From: Nanobdellota archaeon
GTDB taxonomy: Archaea; Aenigmatarchaeota; Aenigmatarchaeia; QMZP01
Direction of reading: 5' to 3'
DNA: 64,000 bases
NCBI GenBank assembly: GCA_043814765.1
Contig: JBDRJQ010000029.1
Span: forward strand, 16,821-80,820
Below the pieces are notes generated by a model. The model was not told the DNA's origin. It made no database searches and saw only the letters and a program-made list of their open reading frames with translations. The translations under genes and the position numbers were made by a program. How positions within the stretch are numbered: the stretch's first letter is position 1; every line of letters begins with the position of its first letter. This document shows, piece by piece, positions 63,601 to 64,000 of the stretch.

Positions 63601-64000
63601 TGCATGTTTCTTGTTCAGGATAACAAGGCTCGCATCCCTCGTCTGTTATGCCGTCACAATCGTCGTCAATATAATTGTAGCATATTTCATCTACTGGTCC
63701 GACATAAGCGCCACCACAATTCTCTTCCCAAACGCCGCCAACACAGTTTTGAGTGCCTTGTTCGCATGCGCCCTCACTTGTTCCGCATGATTGGATCTCT
63801 CCAGAAGTGCATGCACAGCCTTCATCTGTTATGCCGTCACAATCATTGTCGTTGCCTTCACAATTATCATCCAAGAATTCATCAGGAGTATCTGATGTAT
63901 AAGGATTGTCTTCATGCATATCATCACCACAGCATGCATTAACCCCAATCTTTCCTGTCCATCCCCAAGGATATGGACATAGCTGCTGGCAATCATCTGG
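57644..64000 (-). CDS. Giant Cys-rich surface protein (more than 2118 aa, N-terminus beyond the window edge)
   Basis: The frame stays open upstream of the annotated Met at 63919 to position 64000 (hand-checked as PDDCQQLCPYPWGWTGKIGVNACCGDD-MHED). It has many DxDxDCDGxxDEGC and DNDxDGxxDC repeats and a Cys-free Ig-like region with the motif AQDTSGN. A Gly19 linker precedes a C-terminal module paralogous to ORF 13481. The protein ends with a TM anchor and a Pro/Lys-rich tail. Confidence 0.9.
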   Translation of the reverse strand, partial: PDDCQQLCPYPWGWTGKIGVNACCGDDMHEDNPYTSDTPDEFLDDNCEGNDNDCDGITDEGCACTSGEIQSCGTSEGACEQGTQNCVGGVWEENCGGAYVGPVDEICYNYIDDDCDGITDEGCEPCYPEQETCNNQDDDCDGLIDEGYDSNGDDVDDFFFDKDFDGYFPQSSTNPTYICTGYTEYDCDDDINDDPSSCPVIKGDCSPLTSTCAICKNPGAVEQCKDGEDNDCDTKIDGLDDEDPSCTCSIEDVGGIVCPPFGEPDNFCSTGGNIPWWGNNGEQCCFEDYCDECTTGETGNCGTCSEYWDPLPIGECHSGTRTCDSEGMWGLCGNEQCPVGEICGDGLDNDCNGIIDDPLLCEGNEDYIFPQGIYVDNPNDPLNTGFTSVQNLKYGFDIYFGNLVANSGATIGCEIKQSDCYDDNHATDPDEKIPGCSVINVEKILTQNYDSGTDSVHYDIVDSDSIRRQVSSYPPGGCPTDDTVGCTFADNWIPWEIDNCYVTGDSGGNDKIDYINWRIHTHDPYPWVTGEIFRAGLGYNKQAQEFLFNTIQCDYSGDVELASRYYAGTLVEQKCNDGIDDDQDGCADYCLDCVPGDACYGQDFDCRGITYDWIPKLDLISTLTECSDNSECNPPELCIESKCRDPNYSPSGSISLATKSPVPDVGNIDSWTSSATTGGIDVIWTQHSNPKAEDDQGTPNKGKFKIRFKKWGINAMLGIIAEGSPGTGFPEIKSVHKYSSGETSQTGKMLFFKSATPADQPTVEADYLSNNVGDAWQTFPNKFVIKSSDASDPIQNLDTTVEIEFEDPDGIDYSRSYGIDITVTYCNPTCIDDTQTITLYFCDELSGECDNQMSNEEEDNVEINVQGVAWSACSDALNNDFDYLNKIGNEQNSFDQSSYDCYDVNCNLEVGPPAVNPYIGGSTGGYGNGKICEYTEEITCDDRYNNDWATEDLTQGHLNPSATIMLPDCRDDACNTKLGPTDKFNNLPRACNYLTETECSLTNLYDNDHYNRFDCNIVAGGTYDDAEYDCATFCRNNIKDSELGLDCDDNIDNDWDKWVTTTGGLSGYRIQDEVTLTGMDCAWLENYPDEDCDQEIIDIAGHVCELGTETTCDDSFDNDFDHEDPGHPHAGWDATSYNDYFSQFSLSYADDADCDDYDCKGSQYCPTSELYDINGLAHPEWCFDDTDNDLDNLDSPPGGIDCGDPDCLGVADPDHPAVRCTNTEYPDQCSDIVDNDVDGRIDCLDNLVPDGSPEDTLECNKNHPGSDLYWCKPCSAVETNDWDACADNFDSDYDIASGGGYVNAECPGGNCMDCRDTDCDSYIGSYDHQTCEYDTETICNDGFDNDGNEGIDCDDPDCVNGGNVNYCRNDESADCSDNIDNDGDGLIDCQDYEECKINCNLVYDDGTTDLSPLKITASNTGNAIVVYSQRERIGIPYTVSIQYNQPVNGLASITLGNTNGDFIQGGVGLDVANAYLTGANKDDFTLLVQEPTSDQYQILVYSSITYEVDNFEIIVNIPTDNTLLSETFEYLHNVQSGGGDQIQGVILSSTILDNNAPVVDNVVEEPSSNKINYDGSAWIGVKSSDTVVPDPNLPLQYTQIYQCWASVTGPGGYDTGDMSSTNCQFVFNNIVEGGQYNVETWAQDTSGNKGPHTSEPYFVDIKPSYVGSFSLTERFFKSGDPVGISANFGTNGDGTCSAFYKSSSASSYTEQVLTAEQSPTNNDIIICHGSILSPALDEMYEVYVEITEFGSNPDKVKSSSETFFVCNSNAAGCEDDACDPKWSCKYLDEDDDGTPDLCPIFCLCDISSECDLNSLGTGNCECDTDCDGDVCGDEQCTGDETCSTCPADCGSCPDGGGGGGGGGGGGGGGGGGASSRKCTTGDTDLCENQLGVCEGSISVCNNNLWGLCSVLPDYDYCNGLDDDCDGIIDNVDGKLSVEGTKCQCFEGGEPKTELCNGIDDDCNGLIDDNADCCIPGDTRLCGPQQAGIGICAKGISVCGEDELWGDMCEGAVYPEEEICSNGLDDNCNGEVDEGCRGDDESVILMIAIAVALLMILAPLGIFSRPDREPKPFVSKFKPKTVVSKPSPVKPSPAPKPFKPKTESPSDFLKRIKNKVEKK
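58385..58438. repeat. (GGA GGC GGC)n microsatellite encoding Gly19
   Basis: On the plus strand the unit gccgcctcc is repeated with 9-nt periodicity. It is a near-pure GC island in an AT-rich gene. Confidence 0.9.

Noticed and set aside
1-64000. CRISPR arrays, rRNA genes, IS elements, transposases
   Set aside because: A scan by eye found no regularly spaced direct repeats, no rRNA-like conserved stretches and no transposase- or integrase-like ORFs.

Overview
AT-rich archaeal chromosome segment with no rRNA, CRISPR array, transposase or integrase. The gene content suggests a small-genome, DPANN-like archaeon: eL34, eS6, eS4, eL30, Topo VI A/B, aSUI1, Rpp29, EF-1alpha, Rad50, FtsZ and archaeal NusA. 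Shine-Dalgarno-like GGAGG/GGTG motifs precede many start codons.

Main blocks:
- A lower mevalonate-pathway cluster (MVK, bacterial/ERG8-type PMK, MDD) with an embedded Nudix gene (6.1-9.9 kb).
- Four tRNA genes, all interrupted by introns. Three carry two introns each, in the D-loop, anticodon loop or T-loop.
- An accessory surface block (10.3-18.0 kb): three class-III-signal pilin-like genes, a HerA/DUF87-type ATPase, a Cys-rich adhesin-like protein and a TasA/camelysin-like cluster.
- Topo VI, TopA and an extracytoplasmic thioredoxin-like protein.
- A rearranged ribosomal-protein supercluster (28.9-42.8 kb).
- Several Cys-rich, C-terminally anchored secreted proteins, including a tandem paralog pair and a giant ORF of more than 2100 aa that runs off the window edge.

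Most unusual signal: a conserved RNA module, a hairpin AAACCTTTTT-N3/4-AAAAGGTTT followed by an (A)TCCAAAAGGAG box. It occurs in introns of three different tRNAs at two different intron positions. It also occurs free-standing directly after the stop codons of four protein genes, and one of those copies carries an inserted structured segment of about 120 nt.

All family assignments rest on motif recognition by eye. No searches were run.
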